A stretch of DNA of 64,000 bases, taken from positions 1,049,861 through 1,113,860 of the forward strand of contig CAVNZM010000018.1 in NCBI GenBank assembly GCA_963693365.1, written 5' to 3'. The DNA is from Amoebidium appalachense. Taxonomy: Eukaryota > Protista > Ichthyosporea. Below are positions 33,708 to 64,000 of this stretch, piece by piece. The notes beneath the pieces are model-generated. The model ran no database searches. It was not told where the DNA came from and saw only the letters and a list, made by a program, of their open reading frames with translations. Each line of letters begins with the position of its first letter. The stretch's first letter is position 1. The position numbers were made by a program, and so were the translations under genes.

Positions 33708-36350
33708 CCCCCCCCCCCCCCCCTCTCTCTCTCCCCCCCCTCTTTCTCATTAACTCTCTCTGTCTCTCCCTCATTCAAAAAAAAAAAACAAATACGACAA
33801 AGCAAAACGAAAAACCAAAAAAACAACAAAATGTATCAGTAAACAGGGGAGGGGGGGGGAAGTGAAGATGTAGCTTGTTCATACGTTGAATTCCTGGGGA
33901 AGAGTCTGAATGAGAACATAAAATAGGTAAGCTGCCAAGGCATGACGAATTTTATCATACATAGTATCCTTTTTTATCCTACAATAACACACTTGAAACC
34001 TGGCTTTAAGGACACTAATGCTTGCCACATAGTATGTGGGCGACACCCAAGAACAATGCACCTGACTCTCTCATGCTTGCAAAAAGGGAATTACTGCATA
34101 GTCATGACAGACTGTGCATTGGGTCCGTATGGTCGCTCATATCTTGTGGCTGACAACTAAATCAACTTCGGAACAATACATATCTTGCCCCTTCCCTCCC
34201 TTCCCCCTTCTCCGAATTCCCACTCCTTTCCCCAGTTTTCTCATTCGAATTCCGGGACCTGGTACGATATCAATCACAAGCATAACTGATGTGTCAACTC
34301 AGGGTTTAAAACTAACTAATCTCTTGCTAAAAGTCAGTCGTTTTTCGGTCTACGTTTTGAACGTGAACCCCTAGGCCTCCCTCCCCCCCCCCCCCCCCCC
34401 CCCCCCAACACGTGCACACACGCACACACACAAAGAGAACTAAAAACTATGAAACGAAATAAAATAAATACACAAGGGGGAAAATCGAAATGATACACAG
34501 CACCCAACCGAAGACCCCCAGCCGAAGTCACGGTATTTGCCAGAACACTGCAATCTTAGTTAGCGGGTCCAAAGGAACATGCAAAATTATATAAGCAAAC
34601 CGTAACACTACACCACTACATTCACAACATGTCTGGCCACACTCCCCGCAAGAAACAGGCAACCCCACAAGCCCCTCTTGGCTACACCCACATAGCCAGA
34701 CCCCAAGGGCGTCTACGGCAAACCCAGCACTGCCTGCAGTCGCACAAAACATGGTGCAGATCGATATAGTCACCTGCATTTCCACCGTGCCTGGCTTCAA
34801 GCATAAGTCTGTGTCCGTACTGCGAGAGGTCCGTCGATTTTCCGTACCGTACCCACCTAACAACACAGTGCGGACCAAACCTTAATAATACTGTATACAG
34901 TTTAACGTCCAAATACTTGGCTGTGCCAATAAGGTAATCTCCACAACCATGCCCTAATAAGGCAAGTTCCATACCTCGCCGCTATAACTCGGTGTGATAG
35001 TCTCGTTCCCATCAGGCAATATGTATCCGTCGACGTTGCTGCCAAATAGGCAAATGTTGTTACCACCTCGGCTGAGTCAGGAAATATTTACGGTCTCGCC
35101 GCAAAAATTTAAATGTAATCATGCAGCCTGTCCAAATAAGGCAATTCATTGGGGCCCTGCCTTAATTAGGCAGGTGATGCATGGCTAAGCCCTCACCAGT
35201 TTATATTTTGGGGGACCAAAATAAACACCAAGCAATGCAGTCATATATCATAATGGCAGGAAGGGCCCAGGTGCTATCCAAATTAAAATGGTAAAACACG
35301 ACCAAGACCACAGCAGCCGGTGGGTTTCAAAAAATGTTTGCACAATCGGTGGATTGCAACCCGGTCCCACACTGCTATGTTTACGTACATGTACACACGG
35401 CATGCATGGTCGCACACCTCTGTACACAACATGTATAGTGCATGGGTTTTGTTGAGATGTGCACCGTGGATTCAAGATCATTACGTGATGTGTTAACGAC
35501 AGAGTGGTTTAAACAATTTAACACACTTCAGCACACGTACTTGTGCGCAACACACATGCACAGTTGTGCAGCTGCACAGCACATGTCGGCACACGCCTGT
35601 TGGCACACAGGTGCACACATGTAAACCTCATGGTCTCACACGTGCACACCAAATTATACATGGGCACACATGCAGACACACGTACGTGGGCACACACACA
35701 TGCAGACACCCATACATGGGCACACACACATGCAGACACACGTACGTGGGCACACACACATGCAGACACCCATACATGGGCACACACACGTGCAGACACA
35801 CGTACATGGGCACACACATGAATGACGCGCACACATGGACACATGTGCACACACATATGCACACAGTGTCTTGTATTGCATCGGGTCCAGCCCAATGCCT
35901 TCCTCCAATCCATCCCCCGAGTCCACAACCACTTATCAGATTCTCTCCACCTGCCAGCCACCATACACTTATCTGCGGCCCTACTGCGTACGCCCCTGTA
36001 TCCACACCACCCAGTCCCCACACAGCGGGCCCATATTGCATAGTGGGGTGCTACGGGGCTAGGTGCATGCATTTTAGCCTGCCCTGCATGCATGCATGCA
36101 CCCCTTGCTTGCAACCAGTACAAACGAAGGGGAGGCGGGGAGGGGGGGGGGGGGGGGGGGGAGGTTGAGAAGAGAGAGAGGCCCTGCCCATAGAGAAGAG
36201 GGAGTGAGGGCGGGAAGTTGGGGGGTTAAGGGAGGTAGGAGGGGGGGCCGGGGGAAGAGGGGAGGAAGGGGGGGGGGGGGGGTTGAGGGGGATGATGGTT
36301 GGCCTTCTCCGCTTTTTGCAGAGGTTGTGTTGTTGGGCCGCAGGTAGGGG

Positions 36351-44003
<7,653 letters not shown>

Positions 44004-44914
44004 GGTGAAGGGTTGCTATGTTCAAGGGATGATCTTAACCAAGTGTGCGTACTGTGGACGTGGGATTTTTGCGCAGGCTGTGTATCTATATTGGTGGGCT
44101 TAGAAAGGCTCGACCTTGCGCGGCACCCTCGAAGTACTTCAAAACACAAGTTGTTACACAACTGCTTGTGGTTTTTTTGCTTGCAGCTGTTTCATCAAGC
44201 CAGCCGGGTTGGCCAGGAATGCGGCACATTCCAGTGATGATGTGCCACGCACTGATCCTATTGGCTGATGGCGCATCACAACAAACAAGGTCACTGACGA
44301 GTCACACAGACTCACGAGGCTCACGCAGCCTGCAGGTCATGTGCCACCTGCAAGAGTGAAGGCCAGGGACGCCCTTGCTGCCCACCTACATAGGCGGTAA
44401 GAGCTCTGGTTATAGAAGGGAACGTGAATCACTGAGGCCCTTTTGTATCCCTTCAAGGCCCCACCGGACAGTTGGAAAACACGTGCAAGTGCATCTATTG
44501 AGCTCGCAAGTAAAGCTTCACGGTTTATTGACATGGCAAGTAGCTATGCGTGACCTGGCATTTTATTCCTATTTGGTAGAATTCTGGCCTGCTGTTCATG
44601 AGAGGAGCATATGTGTCCGGCCTAAATGCTAAATTGCGATTAAACTTTAAAAAACACTAGGTTATACTAATCATTGTCATCACCTACACATCATTCGCTA
44701 TTTCATGTCACTGACTACATTCCTAACTTTAAGGCCACACCATACTGCTGTCATGTACGGTGATGGTGCCATGATATTTACATTTTTCTGCATTCAATAA
44801 ATATGTTCATTAAACCATCCAGGAGCCACCCAGCCGCCTTCCAGGGTATATATATGTCGTTTTCCACGGGGTTCCAGAGTATGCCGGACACGTGCAGAAG
44901 CCCTGCCGCTATGC

Positions 44915-54424
<9,510 letters not shown>

Positions 54425-55425
54425 TTACAGGTGGCTAAGCTTATAATACAACCTTATACAACTATGGTGGCCAGGTCAAGACCCGCTGTCTCTAGTTCAC
54501 GTGTACAGCTTTTAGATCTGTGAAGTTACTCGTGTTTGTGGATCCCGGGCGTTCTGAGTTTGTAACTGAGCCTGGGACGAGAAATGGGGTAGGAACATGA
54601 CAAAGGTGTGGATTGAGACCTTGTCGGTGCACATGCAGGTCATCAAACAACTACAGCCGAAAATGCTACTAATAGCCCGGCATGAGGGTGGTGTAAAAAC
54701 GTCAAGGCGTAATCAGACTTGTGCATGCGTGTGACGGTGTGTGCTGACTCTGTGTGTTTGTGCACAATATGGCATCTGACAGACTGTAAGTCTGCAGTGT
54801 GCGTTGCATACCTCAGTGGGAGTATAGGCGCACCAACGAGAAAATGCTTCTTGGGCTCGTCAAAAAGAAAAAAGAAGAAAAAATATCTACATTATTTTAT
54901 GGAGACGAGTATTATTGTAGGCTTCTATTCCTATTTCGTGCATAAAACACGTGATTTAGTTGACGGCATATCTTAGTGAACACAAACATTTCCCTGCTCG
55001 TTCCTATTGGTTTAAAATGCACCCTCTTGATTCAGCTTTATCCAATCAAACCGGTCCTTAAAACAGGTACAATGCATGCATGACCTACAGCCACTAGGAA
55101 GGTGCTTTGAAATTTGTGAACTTTTCATGTCCGAGGGTCCTCATGAAAAGTTCACAATTTTGCTTCGGACCGATGAAACATGTAACATGCATAACACCTG
55201 GTACCGCTAAATATTCATATGTAAGAGTAAGAGAACGCAGCAATAAAATATTATGATGCGTGTGTTTTGTGCCTTTTGAAAGCATGAGGAGTGCGAAGTG
55301 TGTACGTACGTTGCATCATTTGGTGCGCACGCATCACCTCCCGTGAGTGACTACACTGGCAATGTATGATAAGATCTGGCTCGCGGAGGCCTTTATGAAA
55401 AGCTTGCACGCATGGCCACCAGCTC

Positions 55426-55772
55426 ATGCCACCGCGCGTGTGCGTAGGTTATGAAACCAGGCCCGCCCTTTTAGAGGCACACCTGAAAGCAGGATGTTGT
55501 GTTGGTTTGGCCATGGGGCTGCTTAGCCCAATTGAGACCGGTTATAACCGTTCAATAAATCACCATTGTGATGTTTTCAAGGACTGCGGACTCGAGCTCC
55601 GGTCCGACACGGTGACACCGACTGTGCATCCTGCTCCACCAGAGCTCTATTAAACAGTGGATACCTTCTTACGGCGGCTGGACCTAGAGCAATATACAAT
55701 ATGAGTCCCGTGATGGGGTACACTTGCGCAAAACTGGGCAGTTCTTCCACGTGGAGGACGTCGACGCGTACG
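55426..55772 (+). pseudogene. Degenerate fragment with a SAM-domain-like motif
   Basis: ...PPELY*TVDTFLRRLDLEQY followed by a frameshift to QYESRDGVHLRKTGQFFHVEDVDAY resembles the SAM start V..FL..L.LEQY. Interrupted by a stop and a frameshift. Confidence 0.3.
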
Positions 55773-56128
55773 GTGCACACACGTACGCGTGTGTGTTTGA
55801 TGTGACATGTATTGTGGTACGGTGTCTTTGCATGCGCAGTGGCACTGTGTGTGTTTACGGTGGCGGCGGCGGTGGCGGCGGCGGCGGCAGCGGCGGCGGG
55901 GGGTGGGGGGTGGGGGGAGGGGGGGGGGGGGGGGGGAGCGGGGGGGGGAGGGGGAGGGGGGGTGGGGGGGCCGTGGGGCCCGGTGCCCGGGGCGGGGGGG
56001 GCGGAGGGGTGAGAGAGGGGGGGGGGGAGGGGGGGGGGGGGGGGGGGGGGGGGGCTGGCGTGCCGCCAGGATCGGGTTGAGGCTGAATGACGGCGTGTGT
56101 GTGTGTACGTGTGTGCTCCCCTCCCCCC

Positions 56129-56159
<31 letters not shown>

Positions 56160-56825
56160 ACACACGTGCACACGGCACACATACACGTGCGCGTACACAC
56201 ACACACTCTCCCTCCTCTCGAGCTCTCTACCTCAGCTCCACCCCCCTCCTCTCTCCGCTCTCTTCTCCCCCCCCCCCCCTCGTTCTCTCTTAAGACTACC
56301 CCCCCCCCCCCCCCCCTTTCTCTCTCCATTCCTCCTAATGTGCTCATGTGCACGCACAGTCTTTCCAAATAGAGCAACCACACACGCCTGAGAGAAGTTG
56401 TCGCCGCGGCCTGAAAACAAACCAAATTATGCACCCCCCTCCCTCCCCCCATCCCCTCCCCCCCCCCCAAAAAAAAATCTCCCCCCCCCCCCCCCCGGGA
56501 CCCCGAGCCCCCCCTGAGTCCTCCCCCCCCCCCCCCCACCCGGCCCCTAGGCCTCCACTGAGGGTTACAGCACACACATATACACACTCTCTCTCTCTGA
56601 CTCTCTTTCTTCGGCGCACTTCCCCCTCCCCCCCCCTCCCCCTCTCCCTGTCTCTCTCCCTCCTCTTTCTCTCTCCCCCCTCCCTCCCTCCCTCAGCTCT
56701 CTGAGACTCCACCTTCTCCCCACCTCTCTTCTCCCTTTCTCCCCTCCCCCCAACCTCCACCGCATGTACGCATGCACACACCTGACATTCTAACACGGCA
56801 AACGCGGGTGAACAACATCAATAAG

Positions 56826-56860
<35 letters not shown>

Positions 56861-57521
56861 GCGCGGTAAAAAAGACATGGCAGGGAAAAGGCGTGTTACA
56901 GGACTGGTGTTCCATGACCGACAGTCATGATGATATATTTGATCAGGAAGATCTTGTAGAAGGACCATAGCTTTAGCTTTGGTGATACGTCCCAGACACA
57001 TAACATACAAAGTTAATAACATGAGTTCGTGTAATTAGTGTTATAAATACAGTTAACACCCCTGATATGTGCATACCTAGTGTGTCACAGAAATGATTGA
57101 TGCTGCATGAACAATGATCAGGCGAAGTTCGTGGATAGGGATATATTCAATACTATGTACCTAAGCGATGCAAACTACACAGGTGTGCAATAAAAAATAT
57201 CTTGAGCCGAAATTCTGAAAACATGTATGGGCACCTAACTTACACAGACTGATGTCCAGGTCATGCCATGTGTCAACTAGTGCTGGTAAATTTACGTATA
57301 CACTGTGTGCAATACTTGACCTGCCAACCACAAATCAGTTCTGTTATCATGAACACTATGGCTCGAGCTCCCTGATTATGTGCACACAATGTCAGTTGAA
57401 CATAAATTTGGCAAACGATTTTTTGGAGTCTGGGCAAACAAACAACAAGCCACCAATGCAGTAAATTATTTACCCCGGATCAGGCCCCCTCACGTACCGT
57501 GAAGTTTGCAGCACACCACTA

Positions 57522-58334
57522 TTAAGGATGTGGTTTTTCCTGATGCCTTGTCAGGTGCGAAGAAGTTAGAAACCTTTTACCACATCCAGCCACGGTGCAC
57601 TCATACGGCCTCTCCCCTGTGTGTATCCGGAAATGTGCAGTGAGATTGGATTTATTTGCAAAAGATGCCGAGCACTCTGAATATGGGCACTTGTATGGCC
57701 TCTCGCCCGTGTGTGTGCGCTCGTGCGTCACCAGGCAATGCTTTCGCAGGAAAGCTGCTTTGCACCCAGGAAAGGTGCACTGGTGGGATTTAACTCCACT
57801 GTGGCTCCTCTGGTTCCTGGTCATAGTGGATTGATTTCCAGAGCTATAGGTGCACCATTCATATTTGCATGTGAAGGGTTTTTCCCCTGTGTGTGTCCGA
57901 ACGTGGAGCTTAAGTGTATTTTGCTCTACAAACCGTGCACCACAGCTAGGCTCTGTGCAATGAAAAGGCTTTTCACCGGTATGAATTCGAAGGTGCCGCG
58001 TCATGTGACTTGAACGATCAGTCTCATAACCACAGCCGAACTTGCATTCGTGCCTTTTCCCAACACCCGTTTCTTCACATTCTTTTCCCGATCGCTTGCA
58101 ACGATTTTTTTTCGCAGTGTTAGGTTCATTTCTCCGTATTTCTCCATCTTCGTTTGAGTCCGAATCTTTCTTCGTCTTTTTCGCACCCCTCTCCGCAGCT
58201 GTTTTCCTGTTTCGTTCTTCGTCGTGTTGGTTTCTGTTTCTGGTACGCTGCTCGCGGGCGCGTGGTTGATGGTTTTCCGTTTCTTTGTTTTTGAAGGCGC
58301 CTGCGTTCGTGTAGGTGAAGACTCTGCAGGTCAT
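57522..58334 (-). CDS. Intronless C2H2 (Kruppel-type) zinc-finger protein with 6 fingers; the N-terminus may extend to ~58880 across frameshifts
   Basis: CX3-4C...HX3H fingers joined by TGEKP/TGERP linkers. Finger 3 has Asn in place of the first Zn-binding His (TMTRNQRSH). Confidence 0.85.
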   Translation of the reverse strand: MTCRVFTYTNAGAFKNKETENHQPRAREQRTRNRNQHDEERNRKTAAERGAKKTKKDSDSNEDGEIRRNEPNTAKKNRCKRSGKECEETGVGKRHECKFGCGYETDRSSHMTRHLRIHTGEKPFHCTEPSCGARFVEQNTLKLHVRTHTGEKPFTCKYEWCTYSSGNQSTMTRNQRSHSGVKSHQCTFPGCKAAFLRKHCLVTHERTHTGERPYKCPYSECSASFANKSNLTAHFRIHTGERPYECTVAGCGKRFLTSSHLTRHQEKPHP

Positions 58335-59913
58335 GTGTTGCCATGCTCCCTGTTACACTCCCGACCAACATGAGCTGGTTGGTCGTCATCTGAATCAGAC
58401 GATTTGCCCACATGCCTTCTCTTTGCACCTGTCCTGTGGGTGCGGGTGTCTCTGTAATTGATAACTCTCGAGTCTCTGTGCCCGTGAATTCAGCCTTCAC
58501 CGCCTCTACCTTACACGTGCACAGGGTTGAGAGGGGGTGTGGGTGTGGGTGTGGGCTGCGCTTGGAATTTCCTGTTCAGTTTTGACTAATGTAACACGTG
58601 GTTCGTTCTTGCAAGCGCACACATGTACATGTGCACTTTGTGTGGTGGGTGGAGAGTTGGTGTGTGTGGTTTCTGGTTGCAAAGGGGCGGTGCCGGGCTC
58701 TAAGTTGATGACATTGTGCACGTGTGCTATTTTGGGATCAGCTACTGTGCCTGCCTCGTGCTTCACTGTGGGCTCGTGCTTGCAAGTGCACGCTGGTGGA
58801 GACGTGTGGGAGGTGGTGCGCGTGTGTGCAGTGTGCCCCGTATTTGCCTGTGCTTCATGTAGCACAATACCGAACATCAACTGGTGTAAAGCGTGAGCTT
58901 GTGAAGACTATAAACACAAGAAAATACCAACTTAAATGTGGCCCTTTCAAAATGATCATAACATATCCATGGAGAGTAAGAAAATAATTTAGCACGAGGA
59001 AAAAAAAAAAAGAAAAGAAAAGCCAGTATGCGTGGACCAAGTTATAGAGGCAACAAAACTGTGACGAGGCAAAATGCACTTGTGTCAGAATCACAAAACC
59101 TTATAAACTTTATTGTAGCTACATGTGCAATAACAAAAAAGAAAAAAATGAACATCCCCCATCAGTACCCAGAACTTTTTGTGTTGCAAGCTGGCTCAAC
59201 GTAAAGCTTGTGCCACCTAAGGCTTCATGAAAGTTTCTCCGGTGCCAAAAGCACAGAAACACCAAGAACGTTGTTATTGTCATATGGGCATCTCTTAAAT
59301 TTGCGCACTATCACGTGTTACTGCCTCAAAAATGGGGATCATAGTATCGTGTTGCAGCCGTGTCGGGTCTCAGACTCCCATAATGGCATCAGCAGCACAT
59401 GCAGCATGCAACGATCGTGGATTATTTGAATGCTCAGGTGCATGGCATGATGCATATGTATGTATGCCCTAATCACATGGGTACAGAAACTCGTGTTTCA
59501 AATCGTATGTGCTAGCATATATAAGGCTAACTTTTGGAATAGTTCTCAAAATGCAAATAATACTAAACCTCTTTTTGGAAGGGAGGAAAAAAAAATAGCC
59601 ATTATTCTTTTTCCAGCCTTGCAGGGCCAATACGATACTTTTTAGAGTGCCGGGTGAAAGGGGGAGTGGGGTCCACGGGGGGGAGGAGGGGGGGGGGGGG
59701 GAGGAGGAGGGTTTGCCTTTGGTTATTAGATGAGAATATAGGAGGCCATATGAAAATGGCCACAAGTCTCGAAATCAAATTCGGAGTGTGCGCAAGGAAG
59801 TCACGAACATGTGCGAGTCGCTGTGCAGATCGATCATTATAGCAGTGGTAGTTGGTCGGCCCAGGAAGGTAGAGGGGTATTTGCCGTGGGCCGCTGTTTA
59901 CATCCTCTGTCTC

Positions 59914-59957
<44 letters not shown>

Positions 59958-60498
59958 TCTTCCTTCCTCCCCCCCCCCTCCCCTCCCTCCTCCTCCTCCT
60001 CGGGGGCCCAACGGACCAAACGTTCAACCCAGAAGATTAGATCCAGGAGTTGAATCTAATGTGCTGCTAATCACAAATGTACTACAGCTAGTGTGTGGTG
60101 GCCCTGGGTTAGCAGGGCTGCCGTGTGCATGCGTATGCATTTTGTAATTACACAACGTTTAAAACAGCTCACTACTAATTGAAACTGTGGGCCACACAGT
60201 GCCACTGTTTGCACACACAGTTTGACACAACGACTACCCAACCCGTGTGAAGCTACATACCAAGCCCGCATATACACGCATGCAAGCGCGCGAAGGCAAG
60301 TCACATGCACAGGCAAAGGGAAACTTTGCGGGCGTCATGTGTGTGGCTACGTATATATGTGCATGTTGGTTGATCGGCATTCACCTGTAAATGTGTATCT
60401 GCACGTATACGTGCGGCCACGGTAGGCGTTCAGTGTGGCAGTAACGAGAGAAGAAGAGGTTGCATCATGGTCTCAGTGGGCGTGTGGTAAATCTCCGG

Positions 60499-60943
60499 AA
60501 GGGTCAAACCACATTGGCAGGGTCAACTTGCAAAAAGCAGAATTATTCTGCGAAAGCGGAATTATTCCGCAAAAAGCGGAATTAATCTGCAAAAAGCGGA
60601 ATTATTCTGCAAAAGGCAGAATTTTTCTGCTTTTAACAGAATCATTCTGCTTTTAGCAAAATCATTCTGCTTTTAACAGAATGATTCCGCAAAAGCAGAA
60701 CTACGCTAATTATAGCAGAATTATTCTGCTTCTAGCATAATTATTTCGCAAAAAGCAGAATTATTCTGATCGACATCAGAATAATTCTGCTTTAGCAGAA
60801 TGATTCTGCTTTTAGCAGATTGCCAACTGTTAGCAGAATGATTCTGCTTTTGCAGATGATTCTTCTTTTAGCAGAAAAATTCTGCCCTTTGCAGAATGAT
60901 TCTGGTCGGAGTAAGTTAACCCAGCCGACGTGGTTGGGGCCTT
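60499..60943. mobile_element. MITE-like element with ~25-33-bp terminal inverted repeats and an internal array of GCAGAATNATTCTGC palindromes
   Basis: AACCACATTGGCAGGGTCAACTTGC (from 60507) matches the reverse complement of GTAAGTTAACCCAGCCGACGTGGTT (to 60935) at 20/25. About 15 ~20-bp palindromic units lie between them. Confidence 0.7.
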
Positions 60944-62098
60944 ACAGAGGCCGGCTGTATTCCGTTTGCTTTTTGCTCAGAACATTTTCTTCCGACTGGA
61001 ATTATTTAACCGATGGCCCTGAGGTGTAAATATGCACCGCCGCAAGACAAAAGAAAGACTTCTTAGTTTATTAGCCAGTAGCTAGTGCAATATTAATATC
61101 ATAATCATCCCTCCCCCCCCCCCCCTCCCCCCCCCCCCCCCTCCCGGGCCCTCTCCCCAACTCCCTCCCCCTCACCCACTCCCCCCCCCCCCCCCCCCCC
61201 CGAGGTCTTCCCCGGGCCCCGCCCCGCGTTCCTCTACTGAACATCAAACCTCTTTTACGTCAACCATCCCTTCTCTGTACATATTTCGTTTCAAACCATT
61301 TATTCGGACGGGGTGTTCATTTGCTGTTTGGGTAGGTAATGTTAAACAAAATTGCTGCAACCCTTCTGGTGTATATACGACCCAAACGTCGTTGATCCCT
61401 TGAATACGTTTCTATAAAGCTAAAAAAAAAAAAAAGTAGGATTATGCATTCAACCCCCATTTCTTCTCTCCCCTCCCTCCCCCCCCCCCCCCCCCCCCCT
61501 TCCCCCCCCCCTTTCCCCCCCTCCACACTGACACACACACACACACACACGTGTGCACATATACATCTTCTTCTTTCTTTCCCCCACTTTGAATTCTCTA
61601 CACATGCCTTTTGTCGTTAATTTGGCCATTCGTGGGTTTAAGACAGATGCCTACCGGTGTGCCCGTCCTCCCTCCCTCCCTCCCCCCCCCCCCCCCCCCT
61701 CCCCCCCCCCCCCCCCGCCCCCCATCCCCCCCCCCCCCCCCCCACCCCCCACCCGTCCCCCCTGTGTATGCTGTGCACTCTTTCTGCTCGTTTTTGCACA
61801 CGTTTATACCTGCAAAATGTTTCGCCTTGTCTTTCTCAGTGCTTTGTACTTCCGCCTCTTGACAGAGTCTGCAACACTGTGTCTGCCCCTCCCCCCCCCC
61901 CCCCTCCCTCCTCCTTCCCCGCCAAACACTGTTCAACATCCACATATATACCTCTCGTGTCAAAGTTTCTTGTAGACTGATAATTAGTGATTGACCCCGG
62001 CCACCGTCCCAAACGGGCACCGGTAATTGAGCAAATTTTATCTGTTCCCTTGCTTCTTCGTTTTTTGATCTGGCCGGGCCGTATGGTGTGTGTGTGAC

Positions 62099-62256
<158 letters not shown>

Positions 62257-62394
62257 CTCGCTCGCTCGCTTGCTCTCCCTCTGTGTGTACATGTGTGTGT
62301 GTTCCTGTGCGTGTGTCTGTGTGTGTGTGTGCATGTACCTGTGTGTGTGCGTGTACCTGTGTGTATGTGTGTGTCTGTGTGTGTGTGTGTGTCA

Positions 62395-62460
<66 letters not shown>

Positions 62461-62500
62461 ACCTGTGTGTATGTGTGTGTCTGTGTGTGTGTGTGTGTCA

Positions 62501-62570
<70 letters not shown>

Positions 62571-63562
62571 CCAGTGTTCCACCGAGGGTTTCCCCTCTTG
62601 CTCTCCACCCCGTTCCCCCCTTTTACATATCTCGCTACCCACTGCCCATTCCTCCACCCCTTCTCTTTGCGATCGAGGCCGTCACCTCCCCCCCCCCAAC
62701 CACCACCACCCACCCACAACCTGCCCCCTCGTGTGCGTTTTGTACTGCAGGAGGGAGGGCGGGCCCAGGGGGGGGGGGGGGGAGGTTGGTTTGCCGGCAT
62801 TCTAAACTGCTGAGAATCGATAGGAGGGCTGGTACCCGTTACTGATCACCGTTTTGAAGCTAACAGTCAGAAAATTTCCAAGACAAATTTCTGTACATGT
62901 TTTAATGAACGCCTTGTTCACAACCGTAGTTGCTGTGTGAGAGTGGCACGTGTACAACAAAGACATGTTTATTTTCTCAAGTGTGTCTTGCTGTGGCGGC
63001 AAGAGTCCCTGTGTGTCATGCATAATACTTGGTCACACAGACCGGTATGAAATCTCTGCAAAATCCAAGCGAGGCCTCTAGGCATATATACCTCCTGCAC
63101 GTAATATATTCCTCCTATAATATGTTGGTCATCTGTGACGACACACTTCATTATATCATGTGTCCTTATAATAGATACACACTACTTCCCCAAATGAATA
63201 TAGTATGAGGGAAGCCAATTGCAAGGTTAGGTAACTACCCTAAGAAGCTGACCAATGATTACTAATGCAACAAAAACCGAATATTACGATGTATAAATAA
63301 TTCTGTCTGGTGGTAAGCAAGCACACCATTAAAAAGGAAAAGAGATGCGTAAAGACACGGCCTACTTTACATTACTAATACCTCCTTTGAATGTTGACTA
63401 TAAATAGAACTCATTCGCTCAACCCAATTCACTCTCCTTAATACTTATCTGTTATCTCTGAGCCTATGGCAATATCAAACCCCCTCCCCTCCCAAACATA
63501 CACACCAACCACATTGTCAAACACCCACCCATGCCCACGCCCGCACAGAGGAAAGCACACGT

Positions 63563-63619
<57 letters not shown>

Positions 63620-63711
63620 ACACCCGGTCACCCCTGGTGTGTCACATCACCACCACGCCTCCTCCATCGCCATACGCGCATGTCTCGCACACACACCTCG
63701 TTGCCACCCTC

Positions 63712-64000
63712 CTAGTTGTCCCCAATAGGCAAACCCTTGGGCTCATAGGACGCCGACGGCTCTGCGTACCTGTGCTGTGCAGCAAACTGCGCGTTGTTTG
63801 CCACAAACGGGTTTGACTGCACACTCTTAATCTTGGTGTTGCGCTGGATAACGTTGCGTAGCGTGGACTGGGGGCCCAAGATGAACCGCCTAAGCTCGTG
63901 AATGCGGTCGATCTCGCACACGCACCAGGCAGGGTCGTTACAGTAGCTGATGCGGGGAGAGGCGTTGCACATGGTGTTGCACCAGTTCTTCTCGGCACGC
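63712..64000 (-). CDS. 3' end of a gene running off the window edge; probable haem peroxidase (An_peroxidase-like) C-terminus
   Basis: Open frame ...KNWCNTMCNASPRISYCNDPAWCVCEIDRIHELRRFILGPQSTLRNVIQRNTKIKSVQSNPFVANN...*. TLRNVIQRNT....VQSNPF resembles the peroxidase-cyclooxygenase C-terminal motif TL..II.RNT....Q...F. Confidence 0.5.
   Translation of the reverse strand, partial: RAEKNWCNTMCNASPRISYCNDPAWCVCEIDRIHELRRFILGPQSTLRNVIQRNTKIKSVQSNPFVANNAQFAAQHRYAEPSASYEPKGLPIGDN

Noticed and set aside
34890-35175. TA-CAGT start with CCAAATAAGGCA sub-repeats, like a Tc1/pogo end
   Set aside because: No matching right-hand inverted repeat was found. At most it is a truncated relic.
60530-60905. CRISPR-like regular palindromic array
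   Set aside because: No unique spacers (only 4-6-nt A/T linkers), no cas genes and a eukaryotic context. It is explained as MITE internal repeats.

Overview
Eukaryotic, intron-dense DNA full of (CA)n/(CT)n microsatellites and poly-G/poly-C tracts. Almost all long ORFs in the supplied track are low-complexity artefacts, so the real genes were rebuilt by hand from splice sites and reading phase. Genes found: an intronless LRR-like ORF running off the left edge, a syntenin-like tandem-PDZ gene (-), TIM10 (+), mitochondrial rRNA dimethylase TFB1M (-, 9 exons, with GC-AG introns), ARL2 (+, 6 exons, intron 1 has U12-type signals), a TBC1D20/Gyp8 RabGAP (-), a C2H2 zinc-finger gene (-) and the 3' end of a probable haem peroxidase at the right edge. 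The standout is a ~15-exon minus-strand gene (about 44.9-54.2 kb). Its phase-consistent product joins a Runt (RUNX) DNA-binding domain to an NFAT/NF-kB-like IPT/TIG segment and two ankyrin repeats, an NF-kB p105/CAMTA/Mga2-like layout built on a Runt domain. It carries one in-frame TAG inside the Runt domain. Repeats include a 3x 2.35-kb tandem duplication, a 585-bp TRIM-like element with identical 132-bp TG...CA repeats, a piggyBac-like MITE, a palindrome-array MITE and several minisatellites that copy splice or stop signals. The gene content suggests a holozoan, probably a unicellular animal relative such as an ichthyosporean (inference only). Gene models are manual and need RNA-seq confirmation.
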